15,169 bases of DNA from an uncultured archaeon (GTDB lineage Archaea > Asgardarchaeota > Lokiarchaeia > Sigyniarchaeales > SOKP01): positions 1 through 15,169 of the forward strand of contig CAZOYD010000077.1 of the NCBI GenBank assembly GCA_964583985.1. Direction: 5' to 3'. The notes under the pieces are model-generated. The model made no database searches. It worked only from the letters and a program-made list of their open reading frames with translations, and had not been told where the DNA came from. Shown here piece after piece: positions 1 to 8,823 of the stretch. The stretch's first letter is position 1, and every line of letters starts with the position of its first letter. A program made the translations under genes and the position numbers.

Positions 1-1216
1 ATTCACCAATCAAGCTTACTGCGTTATCCAAATCTTCTTCTGTATGCCTATAACAGATATAACCGTGATGATAAGGTTGCAAAAATATTTTACGCCTGAT
101 TAATTGGCGATAAAATTCTTCCCTTAGTTTACGATATAAGTAATTAGGGTCAGAATCAAACGTGATGTATGGCATCCAAGGTTCTCCTGAAAATGTACAC
201 GGAACACCACTATCTTCTATTAATTGCTTAATTTTTTTCCCAAATATAGTTCCCCTTTTACGAATGACACCCAAAACATCATCTCTCTCCATTATTTCTA
301 TTGTCTTTAATGCCGCTACTTGTGGTAAACTATTTGGAAAGAAAGTCGAACTTAGAAACACTTCTTCTATCAAAACATCCATGATATCTTCCTTGCCAGC
401 AAGAAAGCTAATTGAATAACCGTTTGCCATCGCCTTACCGAATGCAGCAAGATCTGGTATTACTCCCAATTCTTTTTGAGCACCTCCAAGATTAACTCTA
501 AAACCAGTTCGTATCTCATCGTACATTAAAAGAGCCCCATATTTATCTGTTATCTCACGGAGCCCTTCTAAAAATCCAGGTTTAGGCATCTCTACTTCAT
601 GTCCTCCAGGATGATTAATCGGAGTAACGATTATGGCTGCTACATCATTGCCATAAGTACTCATCAGTTTAGTGACGTGCTCCAAGTTATTATATTCAAA
701 CTCGTATACATCCTCATAAAGTTTTTTGGGAATTCCTCCTTTATTTTCAACACACCAATCATGCCAACCATGATAACCGCAACGTAGAATTTTAGATCGC
801 TTTGTATAACCTCGAGCAACACGAATCCCAATAGTAGTTGCATCTGAGCCAGTTTTAACAAATACCATTTTTTCACAGCAAGGAATTAAATCCTTAAGTT
901 TCTTGGCTAACTTATTTTGTACTTGTTGAGTCAAGGACATGCAAAATCCCTTGTTCTTAATCTGATCTATTACAGCATTATCTATTTCTTCTTCTCTATG
1001 TCCAATTATAATGGGTCCATAAGCACACAACATGTCTAAATATTCATTTCCATCAACATCAATAACTTTTCCTCCTTTTGCTGTTTCAAAAAAGATGGGA
1101 TATTCTCCTTCAACAAAATTATATGGCCTTCTTATGCCTAGAATCGCACCAGGTATTAGATTCAAGGCTTCTTCATATAATTTAAACGATTTCTCCAAGT
1201 TCAATTTTTTAGACAA
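1..1216 (-). CDS. kat: Class III PLP-dependent aminotransferase (GSA-aminomutase-like), most similar to 3-aminobutyryl-CoA aminotransferase; 3' end runs off the window
   Basis: Not in the ORF track. Manual translation from TTG at 1216 (AGGAGA RBS at 1223-1228) is open to the window edge: MSKKLNLEKSFKLYEEALNLIPGAILGIRRPYNFVEGEYPIFF...DVDGNEYLDMLCAYGPIIIGH...KTGSDATT...GYHGWHDWCVE...YDEIRTGFR...PDLAAFGKAMANGY (PLP lysine)...FLSSTFFPNS...WMPYITF...QPYHHGYICYRHT. The class III motifs are clear. The Kat assignment rests on recalled similarity to the Cloacimonas enzyme (GIRRPYNFVEGEYPIFF, QPYHHGYICYRHT), not on a search. Confidence 0.85.
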   Translation of the reverse strand, partial: MSKKLNLEKSFKLYEEALNLIPGAILGIRRPYNFVEGEYPIFFETAKGGKVIDVDGNEYLDMLCAYGPIIIGHREEEIDNAVIDQIKNKGFCMSLTQQVQNKLAKKLKDLIPCCEKMVFVKTGSDATTIGIRVARGYTKRSKILRCGYHGWHDWCVENKGGIPKKLYEDVYEFEYNNLEHVTKLMSTYGNDVAAIIVTPINHPGGHEVEMPKPGFLEGLREITDKYGALLMYDEIRTGFRVNLGGAQKELGVIPDLAAFGKAMANGYSISFLAGKEDIMDVLIEEVFLSSTFFPNSLPQVAALKTIEIMERDDVLGVIRKRGTIFGKKIKQLIEDSGVPCTFSGEPWMPYITFDSDPNYLYRKLREEFYRQLIRRKIFLQPYHHGYICYRHTEEDLDNAVSLIGE

Positions 1217-1369
1217 TTTGAATCTCCTAAAAATAATACTTATTGAATTAATCAGTATGAACTATTATTATTGAATATTTTTAAATAAGTAATTTCAATC
1301 ACATGAAAAGTTATCAAATAATATTTGGCTTATATTGAACAATAACAACCAAAATCATCAAACATAGAG

Positions 1370-1394
1370 AAAATAGAAGAAAGATCAAAAAAAA
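1370..1394 (-). terminator. Putative oligo-T archaeal terminator downstream of the 528-aa gene
   Basis: The minus strand reads T8 followed by ...TTCTATTTT shortly after the TAA stop at 1409-1411. Confidence 0.4.
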
Positions 1395-1408
1395 GGTAAC
1401 AGTAAATA

Positions 1409-2995
1409 TTACCAAATTAAATTGTAAATAACAGTTTTTGCTTTTTCCGCTTCCTTTTTGCCTAGAATTTTATTTATTCTTAAATCATTAATTGCTTCTT
1501 CAAGTTTGGTATCTAGGTTTTTCATTTCCATCAAATTTCCTTTTTCTCCGCCTTTTTCAACAAGATTAATCATTGCATTATCTTTATTCATGAGATCTCG
1601 AAGTTTCGTTCTAAACGCATCGGTTACTTTTGTTTTTTGAACCTTACCATTTTCAACCAATAATGGCAGAACAGGAGCTCGTTCAGTGGTTCTTCTGGTA
1701 TTTGGGTCTACAAAATAGAATATAAACATCGGTATTCCCACAACCACATTTTGAGTGTTGATCTCAATGGAATAACGTTTAAAAAAGTTCTGCACATTTC
1801 CCATTTCAATATCTTTTATATATTCTATATTATCCAAACAACTTTGTTTTTCTTGTTTAACTTTAGCTACATTTGTCTCAGTAGTAGAGAGATTACTACT
1901 TAATTCACTATGTTTCGCTTGAATCTTACTTTCAACTTCAGATTTTTTTTGCTCTAATTCTCGAATCTTTTGCTGTTTGGACTTTTCCAAATCTGAAATT
2001 TCTTTCTGAACATTTTTCTTCAATTGAGTGATTTCAGTATTATACCTACTAATAGAATTTCCTAGATCTTGGTACTTTATGCCTAAATCGTTTAAAGCAC
2101 TTTCCACTTCAAAAAGATCATTCTTATTAATTGCTGCTTTAAGACGATCAACACTATTCTTGATTGAATTATTGTTATTATATAATTCACTCGTTTTATC
2201 ATTAATTTTATACTTACCGCTTTTTACCAGTTCTTCAGGAGTACTCTCGATTTTTTTAGCTTTTTCAGCTTCGATTTCCTTGGTAAGTTGAGCAAGTTGT
2301 TTCTCTTCTTCGCTAGTATCAATTTTTTTACTTCGAATTTTATCGGCGTCTTGAGCACCTCTTTGCAACCATTGATCACAGAGCTGTATTATGACTTGTC
2401 CATAATTATCGAGCATTCGCACATCTTGTTGTGAAATATAATCGAACACCTCCTGAACGATTTTCGCTTGATTAATGCTCTTAGGAATTGGATCACCTTC
2501 TAATAAAAAATGAGGTTCACCAAATGAATTCAAACTATATTGATTCAAGAAAAAATTCTTAAAATATTCCACTTCATCAGCACTGAATAAAGCTTCTTGG
2601 ATAACCGTCCCTCTCCTAAAATTTTTGGACTTTTTGAGATATGTTGCGTTATATGATTGTAAGGAGCTCAAGAATGTATCTATATCTGATCCCTTGATTA
2701 AATTTTCAGGGTTCGGTGGCACTTCTGCGAATTTGCCTACGCTTAATTTTTCTTGTTTATTAAGTAAATAACTGCACACACACGCCCTTGTTTCATTTAA
2801 CGGAATCAAGCGAACTGGCCAGAAACAAATACTTATTCTATTGATCTTTCCTAACTTCTTCAGAGATTTAGCATAAATATTTATGCATTCGTTTAAAGCC
2901 ATAGCCATTTCGTCTAATAAAGTCGCTTTACTTCGCGCCGGGATAATTTCACCAATATTTATCAAGAAAGGGATTATTCGATCTACATTTGCCAT
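1409..2995 (-). CDS. Hypothetical protein, 528 aa, with a long central coiled coil between two globular segments
   Basis: Long ORF. A K/E/Q/L-rich heptad-like region spans about aa 205-395 (EEEKQLAQLTKEIEAEK...ITQLKKNVQKEISDLEKSKQQKIRELEQKKSEVESKIQ). No Walker A motif and no TM helix were seen. Confidence 0.85.
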   Translation of the reverse strand: MANVDRIIPFLINIGEIIPARSKATLLDEMAMALNECINIYAKSLKKLGKINRISICFWPVRLIPLNETRACVCSYLLNKQEKLSVGKFAEVPPNPENLIKGSDIDTFLSSLQSYNATYLKKSKNFRRGTVIQEALFSADEVEYFKNFFLNQYSLNSFGEPHFLLEGDPIPKSINQAKIVQEVFDYISQQDVRMLDNYGQVIIQLCDQWLQRGAQDADKIRSKKIDTSEEEKQLAQLTKEIEAEKAKKIESTPEELVKSGKYKINDKTSELYNNNNSIKNSVDRLKAAINKNDLFEVESALNDLGIKYQDLGNSISRYNTEITQLKKNVQKEISDLEKSKQQKIRELEQKKSEVESKIQAKHSELSSNLSTTETNVAKVKQEKQSCLDNIEYIKDIEMGNVQNFFKRYSIEINTQNVVVGIPMFIFYFVDPNTRRTTERAPVLPLLVENGKVQKTKVTDAFRTKLRDLMNKDNAMINLVEKGGEKGNLMEMKNLDTKLEEAINDLRINKILGKKEAEKAKTVIYNLIW

Positions 2996-3133
2996 TTATA
3001 TCACTTTAGGATTCTATATTAAAGTTTTAATGGAATCATATAATTAAATTTATGTTTTCAAAATTTTGAAAAAAACTAATATAAGAGTATGTTCCATTTA
3101 TTCTCATTAAAAATTATAAATAATTGAAAGAAC

Positions 3134-3958
3134 ATGTTGAATGAGAAATTTTTATCAGGCAAAGGAGCACTAATTACGGGAGGGGCATCTGGATTTGGTC
3201 GTGGAGTTGCTCACGCATATGCAAAAAGAGGTGCAAATTTGGTTTTAGTCGATGTAAATAAAGAATTATTGGATAAAACGAGTACTGAAATAAAAAAAGA
3301 ATATGGAGTTAAAGTAATTCCGATAATTTGTGATGTATCAAAATCAGATCAAGTTGAAGCCATGGGAAAGGAGGCATTCAAAGAATTAGAGAATATTTTT
3401 ATCTTGTTCAATAATGCTGGAATAGGAACATCCTATGGAAGAAATATATGCCGAATTAAAGAAGCGGATTGGGATAAAATCATGGCTGTTAATCTTAAAG
3501 GTCAATGGTTAGTCGCCAGAGCTCTTTGGAGGAAAATGAAAGGTCAAACATTTGAGAACGAAGAACTCTCAGGAAAAATGATAAACACTGCTTCTGCTGC
3601 GGGTTTAGTTGTAGACCCAGCATTACCTGATTACAGTATCACAAAGGTTGGAGTCATTGCCCTCACAGAATTATTGGCTAAAACTTTAGCCCCTAATATC
3701 ACTGTAAATTCTATTGCTCCTGGATTTCACCTAACTGGAATTTATTTAAATGATGAAGAAGCAATGCGGGTTACTATGCGAGATGGAAATTTAAAAATTC
3801 CACAGCAACGTATAGGTACTGTTGAAGATATAGTTAATATGATGTTATTCCTTGCATCTCCCTTGTCAAATTATATTACAGGGCATTGTTTTCCTGTGGA
3901 TGGAGGAATGTCAGAAGTAGGTGTACCACCATACAAATTAAAAGATATAAAGTACTAG
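3134..3958 (+). CDS. Classical short-chain dehydrogenase/reductase (FabG-like SDR), probably NAD(H)-preferring
   Basis: TGGASGFG nucleotide-binding motif, acidic residue after beta-2 (LVDVN), NNAG, catalytic S and YxxxK (TAS...YSITK), VNSIAPG, and a C-terminal ITG..FPVDGG. Confidence 0.93.
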   Translation: MLNEKFLSGKGALITGGASGFGRGVAHAYAKRGANLVLVDVNKELLDKTSTEIKKEYGVKVIPIICDVSKSDQVEAMGKEAFKELENIFILFNNAGIGTSYGRNICRIKEADWDKIMAVNLKGQWLVARALWRKMKGQTFENEELSGKMINTASAAGLVVDPALPDYSITKVGVIALTELLAKTLAPNITVNSIAPGFHLTGIYLNDEEAMRVTMRDGNLKIPQQRIGTVEDIVNMMLFLASPLSNYITGHCFPVDGGMSEVGVPPYKLKDIKY

Positions 3959-3983
3959 GATACAATTAAATAAATAATGAAAT

Positions 3984-3999
3984 AAAAAAAACAAAAAAA
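3984..3999 (-). terminator. Putative oligo-T terminator for the 865-aa gene (convergent gap with the SDR)
   Basis: Two T-runs on the minus strand within about 25 nt after the TAA at 4007-4009. Confidence 0.4.
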
Positions 4000-4006
4000 T
4001 TAGTTT

Positions 4007-6604
4007 TTATTTATTTTCTTTTTTTTTGGTAGATTCAGGAATTCTCTTTAATTCTTCAAAACCAGAAGGAAATAGATTAGTAAGTTTCCGTGGTGTCGTA
4101 TCGTATCCATTTTTTCTCATTATCTTATAGAGTTTTTCAGAATTGTATTCATAAGAATAATCCATTACTTCGATTGATAAAAGCATGTAAGAGAATGAGG
4201 TGAGGAATGGTGTTCCATAGAACATTACTATTAAAAGAAAAATTCCAAATATAAACATAAAAACTGCATTTGAATCATTTCCTGTAAAAAATCCTGAAAA
4301 ATCCACTGTCTGAAAAAAAGAAAAAAAAGTAATAACAGCTGAAAATCCAGCGATACCTTTTACAATTGATTGAGCCCATATACTGATAGGTTCAATATCT
4401 CCAGGTTTTCTATGTTTCTTTGATTCAAGATAATAAGCAATTCCAGCATCATCTAGTAAATAGTTTCCCGAAATAAAAAATGAAAATATTATGAATGTGA
4501 GGACCATCGGAATAATAGATAATAAATTATACCCGATCATAAATAGGAAGAATTCTTGTCCACCAAAAACATCAAATGTTTGAGGATACCCAAATATTGG
4601 TGAGAGTGAATTGTAGGAGTAGAATCCTATTGCCATTGAAAGAAGTAAGGGAAGGATAACTCTTTTGAGTCTAATAATGGTGCTTAATTGTCTCCTATCT
4701 TGTAGATCTTCAACAAAAATTGCATATTTATGACTCTTTGAAAACTTGAAAAAGAAACTGCGAAGCGATATAAAACCATAAGCAAATTGAGGTGCAAATT
4801 GATTATAAATACAAGCTGTTAAAGGAAGTAACCCAAACCAAATAATTGTTGTAGCAGTATATACAATCGTAAGACCTGTCATGGAGTCCCCAGCAATCAA
4901 TGTCCTATTGAAGATGTTTAACATCAATAAGAACATGACGAAACTAATTGTCATTAATGCTACTACTACAACATTTACAGCAACAGCCATTTTACTTTGT
5001 TGTAATCTGTTTCGTTTTGGTTTTATCTTCTTTCCATTAATAATTATTACTATCAGACTAAAAACGAGCATAATTGCAAGAATTATAAAGATGGTAAGTC
5101 CCGGTTCGAATATAGGAGAAAGCCAAATGGGAAATGGTTTTTGAGTGGAAATGGCTGTTATTTTATCACCATCTTCAAAAGCATAATCTTTTTTGCCATC
5201 ACCATCAATATCGGGAATAGTGATAATATTCGATATATGATAATCAATATTAATTAATGCTAGTTCAGTATTTGATATCGGATCAATTATTATAAATCGA
5301 CTTCCTTCTTGTCCGGTCAACGTAGTATGTCTAATGGTTAGCAAAATTTCATCGCTATTATCTCCAGTAAAATCTTCTTCTATTACGAAACATCCCGGTA
5401 ATTCTTCATTTTCATCAGGAGTAAATTTATAATACTGCCAAATAATATCGTGTTCAGTTAGAGAGATAGAATAAACATATGCAAAGTATTCCCTTTCATC
5501 ATAAAGAGATATACTAATTAACACGTGAGCAATTCCATCATCGATCTGAGTATTCATTGCGGTTACATCAGCTGTATTATCAGTTATTGGTAAATTAAAA
5601 TAATCGAGAAGATTTCCATCCAAACCATTCAAAATGCTTACATTTCCTTCCCATGAAATTGTTAAAATCTCGTGAATCCCATCAAGGTTGAGATCTTCCA
5701 CAAAACAAAATGTATTGATATATAATCCATTTTTAACGAATATTGGATCTAATAAATTGTCTATGCTCTTATTATATAAGATAATACCATCATTCTTGAG
5801 AAAGATGACATTATTTTGACCATTGTAATCAAATTCTCTTATTGTTGGAAAAGTCGAATCATAAAAGACATAAGCACTCGAGGTAGAATTCATAAAAATC
5901 GATTTAGTTCTAGTTCCATTAATAAAATAGGTGGAAATATTTACTAGATAATTTTCACCAGGAAAATTATAATATTTTCCTTCTAATAGAATAAAATCTT
6001 CGATATTATCACCAAGATCACTGACTCTAATAACACCTAAGATCAAATTTGTAGAAATAATCCCTGAAAGTGAGCTTCCATCCTCTCCACTTATTATTAT
6101 ATTTGTAAAGTTATTATGAATAATCATAGGTCTCATTCGGGTTCTATTATCAGAACCCTCTGTATAAATATCCCAAGATTCATTGACTTTCACCATATTT
6201 GCAAAAAAATCTTCATAACCATCTGAATTAATATCTCCTATAGGATAAAGACTCCGAACTGGTGTAGTATATTCTTTTGACCATATTTTCAACCCTGTTA
6301 TTCCATCAATAGCGTAAATCCCTCCATATCTCGGGGTATTATAAGTATACTTGTTTACATCATCTAAATCTATATCTCGAGTATACATGTTCACAATTAT
6401 ATCTGAAACTCCATCATTATTTAAATCTCCAGTAAGTTGCATATCAAAATTAACAGGATATTGATTAGAAACATCATCCCAAGTATACCCCGGAATAAGT
6501 TCCATTTGAGTGACAAAAATTAATCCTAGAGATCCGAAAACGAGAAATGAAATCGCCAGTAGAATTATGTTTACAGGGTTCTTTAGTTTCATTGCTCTTT
6601 TCAT
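4007..6604 (-). CDS. Membrane protein: N-terminal signal/TM helix, FG-GAP/VCBS-like (Ca-blade) beta-propeller ectodomain, C-terminal multi-pass (~7 TM) domain
   Basis: Repeated DxDxDG-like loops (GDLNNDGVSD, GDINSDGYED, SDLGDNIED, EDLNLDGIHE, EDFTGDNSDE, PDIDGDGKKD) and 'AIDGITG..IWS' blade ends. Hydrophobic N-terminus. About seven hydrophobic segments follow aa ~500, the first followed by a basic KKIKPKRNR stop-transfer stretch. Confidence 0.85.
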   Translation of the reverse strand: MKRAMKLKNPVNIILLAISFLVFGSLGLIFVTQMELIPGYTWDDVSNQYPVNFDMQLTGDLNNDGVSDIIVNMYTRDIDLDDVNKYTYNTPRYGGIYAIDGITGLKIWSKEYTTPVRSLYPIGDINSDGYEDFFANMVKVNESWDIYTEGSDNRTRMRPMIIHNNFTNIIISGEDGSSLSGIISTNLILGVIRVSDLGDNIEDFILLEGKYYNFPGENYLVNISTYFINGTRTKSIFMNSTSSAYVFYDSTFPTIREFDYNGQNNVIFLKNDGIILYNKSIDNLLDPIFVKNGLYINTFCFVEDLNLDGIHEILTISWEGNVSILNGLDGNLLDYFNLPITDNTADVTAMNTQIDDGIAHVLISISLYDEREYFAYVYSISLTEHDIIWQYYKFTPDENEELPGCFVIEEDFTGDNSDEILLTIRHTTLTGQEGSRFIIIDPISNTELALINIDYHISNIITIPDIDGDGKKDYAFEDGDKITAISTQKPFPIWLSPIFEPGLTIFIILAIMLVFSLIVIIINGKKIKPKRNRLQQSKMAVAVNVVVVALMTISFVMFLLMLNIFNRTLIAGDSMTGLTIVYTATTIIWFGLLPLTACIYNQFAPQFAYGFISLRSFFFKFSKSHKYAIFVEDLQDRRQLSTIIRLKRVILPLLLSMAIGFYSYNSLSPIFGYPQTFDVFGGQEFFLFMIGYNLLSIIPMVLTFIIFSFFISGNYLLDDAGIAYYLESKKHRKPGDIEPISIWAQSIVKGIAGFSAVITFFSFFQTVDFSGFFTGNDSNAVFMFIFGIFLLIVMFYGTPFLTSFSYMLLSIEVMDYSYEYNSEKLYKIMRKNGYDTTPRKLTNLFPSGFEELKRIPESTKKKENK

Positions 6605-6811
6605 ACCTTGATTTTTTTTAAATTTAGGTATTATAACATACCAAACATCATTATTTCTTATTAATTTAAGGTTTATTTTGAAATTTCAATATATAATTCT
6701 AAATAAATGTCGAAAAAATATGGAATAGACAAACTTTTTTTATTTACAATTTTATTCTAGCTTGATTTCAATTTTCAATATAATACTACTATAAAATGGA
6801 GGATTTTTAAA

Positions 6812-7225
6812 GTGTTAAATTTTATATTTGCTATTTTGCAGATAATAATAGCGATAGGTTTGATTGGTTTCTGGACTATGTTCTATATCACAGAATATAA
6901 GAATAAGGACAGGAAGATGTCAGAAGTAGAATTCAAGCATGAACTGTCATTTCCTCTACCAGATCTTGGATGGGTTCTTCCTAATTTAATTATCAGTTCA
7001 ATTGGACTTCTATTGAGTGAGTCTTTTGGCTACTTCTTTTCTATTACTGCCGCGAGCGGAATGATGTTTTTAGGTTTGATAGACTTAGCTTTTAATCTCC
7101 AAAATGGGGGATTTAACATTAAAAAGCATGGATTTGATGCTTACATGAGCATTTTTATTGTCTCGATAATGTTAATTTTGGGTCCAATATTTTTAATTTT
7201 TGGATGGTTCAACATGATTCTATAA
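6812..7225 (+). CDS. Small integral membrane protein (~4 TM), function unknown
   Basis: GTG start with GGAGG RBS at 6798-6802. Four hydrophobic segments with an HELSFPLPD loop. Ends 21 nt before the next co-directional gene. Confidence 0.85.
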   Translation: MLNFIFAILQIIIAIGLIGFWTMFYITEYKNKDRKMSEVEFKHELSFPLPDLGWVLPNLIISSIGLLLSESFGYFFSITAASGMMFLGLIDLAFNLQNGGFNIKKHGFDAYMSIFIVSIMLILGPIFLIFGWFNMIL

Positions 7226-7246
7226 ATTAAATATTGAAAAGAGAAG

Positions 7247-8107
7247 ATGCATATGGTAGATGAAAAACTACTTAAAAGGCAACCATTTAAGGAAAGATCT
7301 GCAATAATTTGTGGGGGCTCCCAAGGAATCGGAAAAGCTATTGCAAAGCTATTTGTTCAGTTGGGCGGTAATGTGTGTATAGTAGCAAGAACTTTAGATA
7401 AGTTAAAAGCGGCTGCTGAAGAGATAAAAGGGCTAAAAGTAAACGAGAATCAAATTGTAGAAATCATTTCTTGTGATACATCAAACATGGAACAAGTTGA
7501 TTCATTATTTAATGAATATATAAAAAATTTTGGAGTTCCGAATTATCTCTTTAACATTGTAGGCATCTCATTACCTGACTATACTGAAAAATTAACCATC
7601 GAAAATTTCAGATTCCACATGAATACTAATTTCTTTGGGCAACTATGTCCTATAAAAGCGCTGTTACCTCATTATATAAAGCAAAAAGAGGGATATTTTA
7701 TTAACATGTCTTCTGTAGCAGGATTTATTGGTTTAATGGGTTATGCAGCGTACACACCTACAAAATTCGCGATTGTAGGACTAAGTGAAGTATTAAGAAA
7801 CGAATATAAAGCAGATAACATCAGTGTTTCCATGGTTTTCCCCCCAGATACTGATACCCCAGGACTTCATGAAGAAGCTGAGACTCGTCCAGAGGAATTA
7901 AATATTATTTCAGAAAGGGCCGGTCTTCTCCAACCAGAAGAAGTTGCTGAAACAATCCTTAAGGGCGTGTTAAAAAAGAAATTATACATTTTTCCGGGCT
8001 CAGCTAAATTTTTATGGAGAATGATGCGCTTCTTTCCAAAATTAGTTCATTGGGTCACGGATGGTGATCTTAAAAAGGCTCGAAAAAAGTTAGGCAAAAA
8101 TAAATAA
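7247..8107 (+). CDS. SDR oxidoreductase, 3-ketodihydrosphingosine reductase (KDSR/Tsc10)-like subfamily, probably NADP(H)-preferring
   Basis: CGGSQGIG, basic residue after beta-2 (VART), SSVAGFIGLMGYAAYTPTKFA (S...YxxxK) and the FPPDTDTPG motif that I recognise from KDSR-like SDRs. Amphipathic C-terminal helix. The start could be the second ATG (7253). Confidence 0.85.
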   Translation: MHMVDEKLLKRQPFKERSAIICGGSQGIGKAIAKLFVQLGGNVCIVARTLDKLKAAAEEIKGLKVNENQIVEIISCDTSNMEQVDSLFNEYIKNFGVPNYLFNIVGISLPDYTEKLTIENFRFHMNTNFFGQLCPIKALLPHYIKQKEGYFINMSSVAGFIGLMGYAAYTPTKFAIVGLSEVLRNEYKADNISVSMVFPPDTDTPGLHEEAETRPEELNIISERAGLLQPEEVAETILKGVLKKKLYIFPGSAKFLWRMMRFFPKLVHWVTDGDLKKARKKLGKNK

Positions 8108-8112
8108 AAATA

Positions 8113-8745
8113 TTATTTTTTTTCTTTTTTAGCAAATATATATCTTAAGAGATGTGTATGGGGGCCTAATTCTCCATGATTCTCGTGATCTTCCATTAAC
8201 CCTGTTTCTATTATTAAATAATCTTTGAAATGTTCTTTTAAATCAGCTTCTGTGAAGTAATGAGTGGGCCTAAAGGGTTTACTTTCGAAAGTACTTGATT
8301 CGATTCGTTTTCCTTTTCCAAAACTTTCCTCCTTATCGGAAAATACTGTGAAAAATACATGCCCTTTAGAACTCAATTGTTCATAACATTTCTTTAAGAA
8401 TGAGATACGATTATTTTTTAGAAGTAAATGTAATACATTATGGCAATAGATCCCATCATATTTATCATCATTAAAAGGCATTTCTAATACTGAACCTTGA
8501 AAAAATTGAGTTTTAGGGTCGAAATTTTTCGCGATCTTTATAGCAAAATCAGAAATTTCAATTGCATTTACATCTAAATAAGCATCCGTAAATAACTTCG
8601 TATTGCGACCATAACCTGCGCCTGGAACTAAAATCTTGTTAACTTCATGCCTTTTAAAAAGCTCAAGGGCATGATATGCGGTTTTACTCGGTTTGGTTCC
8701 CCAAATTTTACCTCCATCAATGAATCGTTTCTCCCAATATTCCAT
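8113..8745 (-). CDS. Class I SAM-dependent methyltransferase
   Basis: Motif I ILVPGAGYGRN, acidic motif II (AIEIS), GSVLEMPF..KYDGIYCHNVLH, and LSSKG (L.pgG-type motif). Confidence 0.92.
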   Translation of the reverse strand: MEYWEKRFIDGGKIWGTKPSKTAYHALELFKRHEVNKILVPGAGYGRNTKLFTDAYLDVNAIEISDFAIKIAKNFDPKTQFFQGSVLEMPFNDDKYDGIYCHNVLHLLLKNNRISFLKKCYEQLSSKGHVFFTVFSDKEESFGKGKRIESSTFESKPFRPTHYFTEADLKEHFKDYLIIETGLMEDHENHGELGPHTHLLRYIFAKKEKK

Positions 8746-8823
8746 AAAAAGATTAATTTTCCTTGTTAAATATGTTTTTATTGGTTAGAAAAATCTTAAT
8801 CAAAAAATAGTTATTTGGCACAC

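Noticed and set aside
1-1216. Calling the aminotransferase hemL, or a serine palmitoyltransferase partner for the KDSR-like gene
   Set aside because: It lacks HemL-typical GGVNSPVRAF and YHGH.D signatures (it has GAILGIRRPY and YHGWHD). It is class III, whereas SPT is a class II alpha-oxoamine synthase.
162-1274. ORF-track entries 162-419(+), 599-787(+), 664-876(-), 1032-1274(+)
   Set aside because: They are antisense or out-of-frame shadows of the aminotransferase CDS that the track missed.
1409-2995. SMC/Rad50 or ESCRT-III assignment for the coiled-coil protein
   Set aside because: No Walker A/B, LSGG signature or CxxC hook was seen, and the length and globular termini do not fit ESCRT-III.
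2996-3133. Specific TATA/BRE promoter calls in the divergent intergenic regions (also 6605-6811, 8746-8823, 13162-13390)
   Set aside because: These regions are so AT-rich that several TATA-like boxes fit, and none can be singled out without TSS data.
3956-3958. Pyrrolysine read-through at TAG stops (also 14568-14570)
   Set aside because: Both proteins are already complete for their families at the TAG, and AT-rich intergenic sequence follows.
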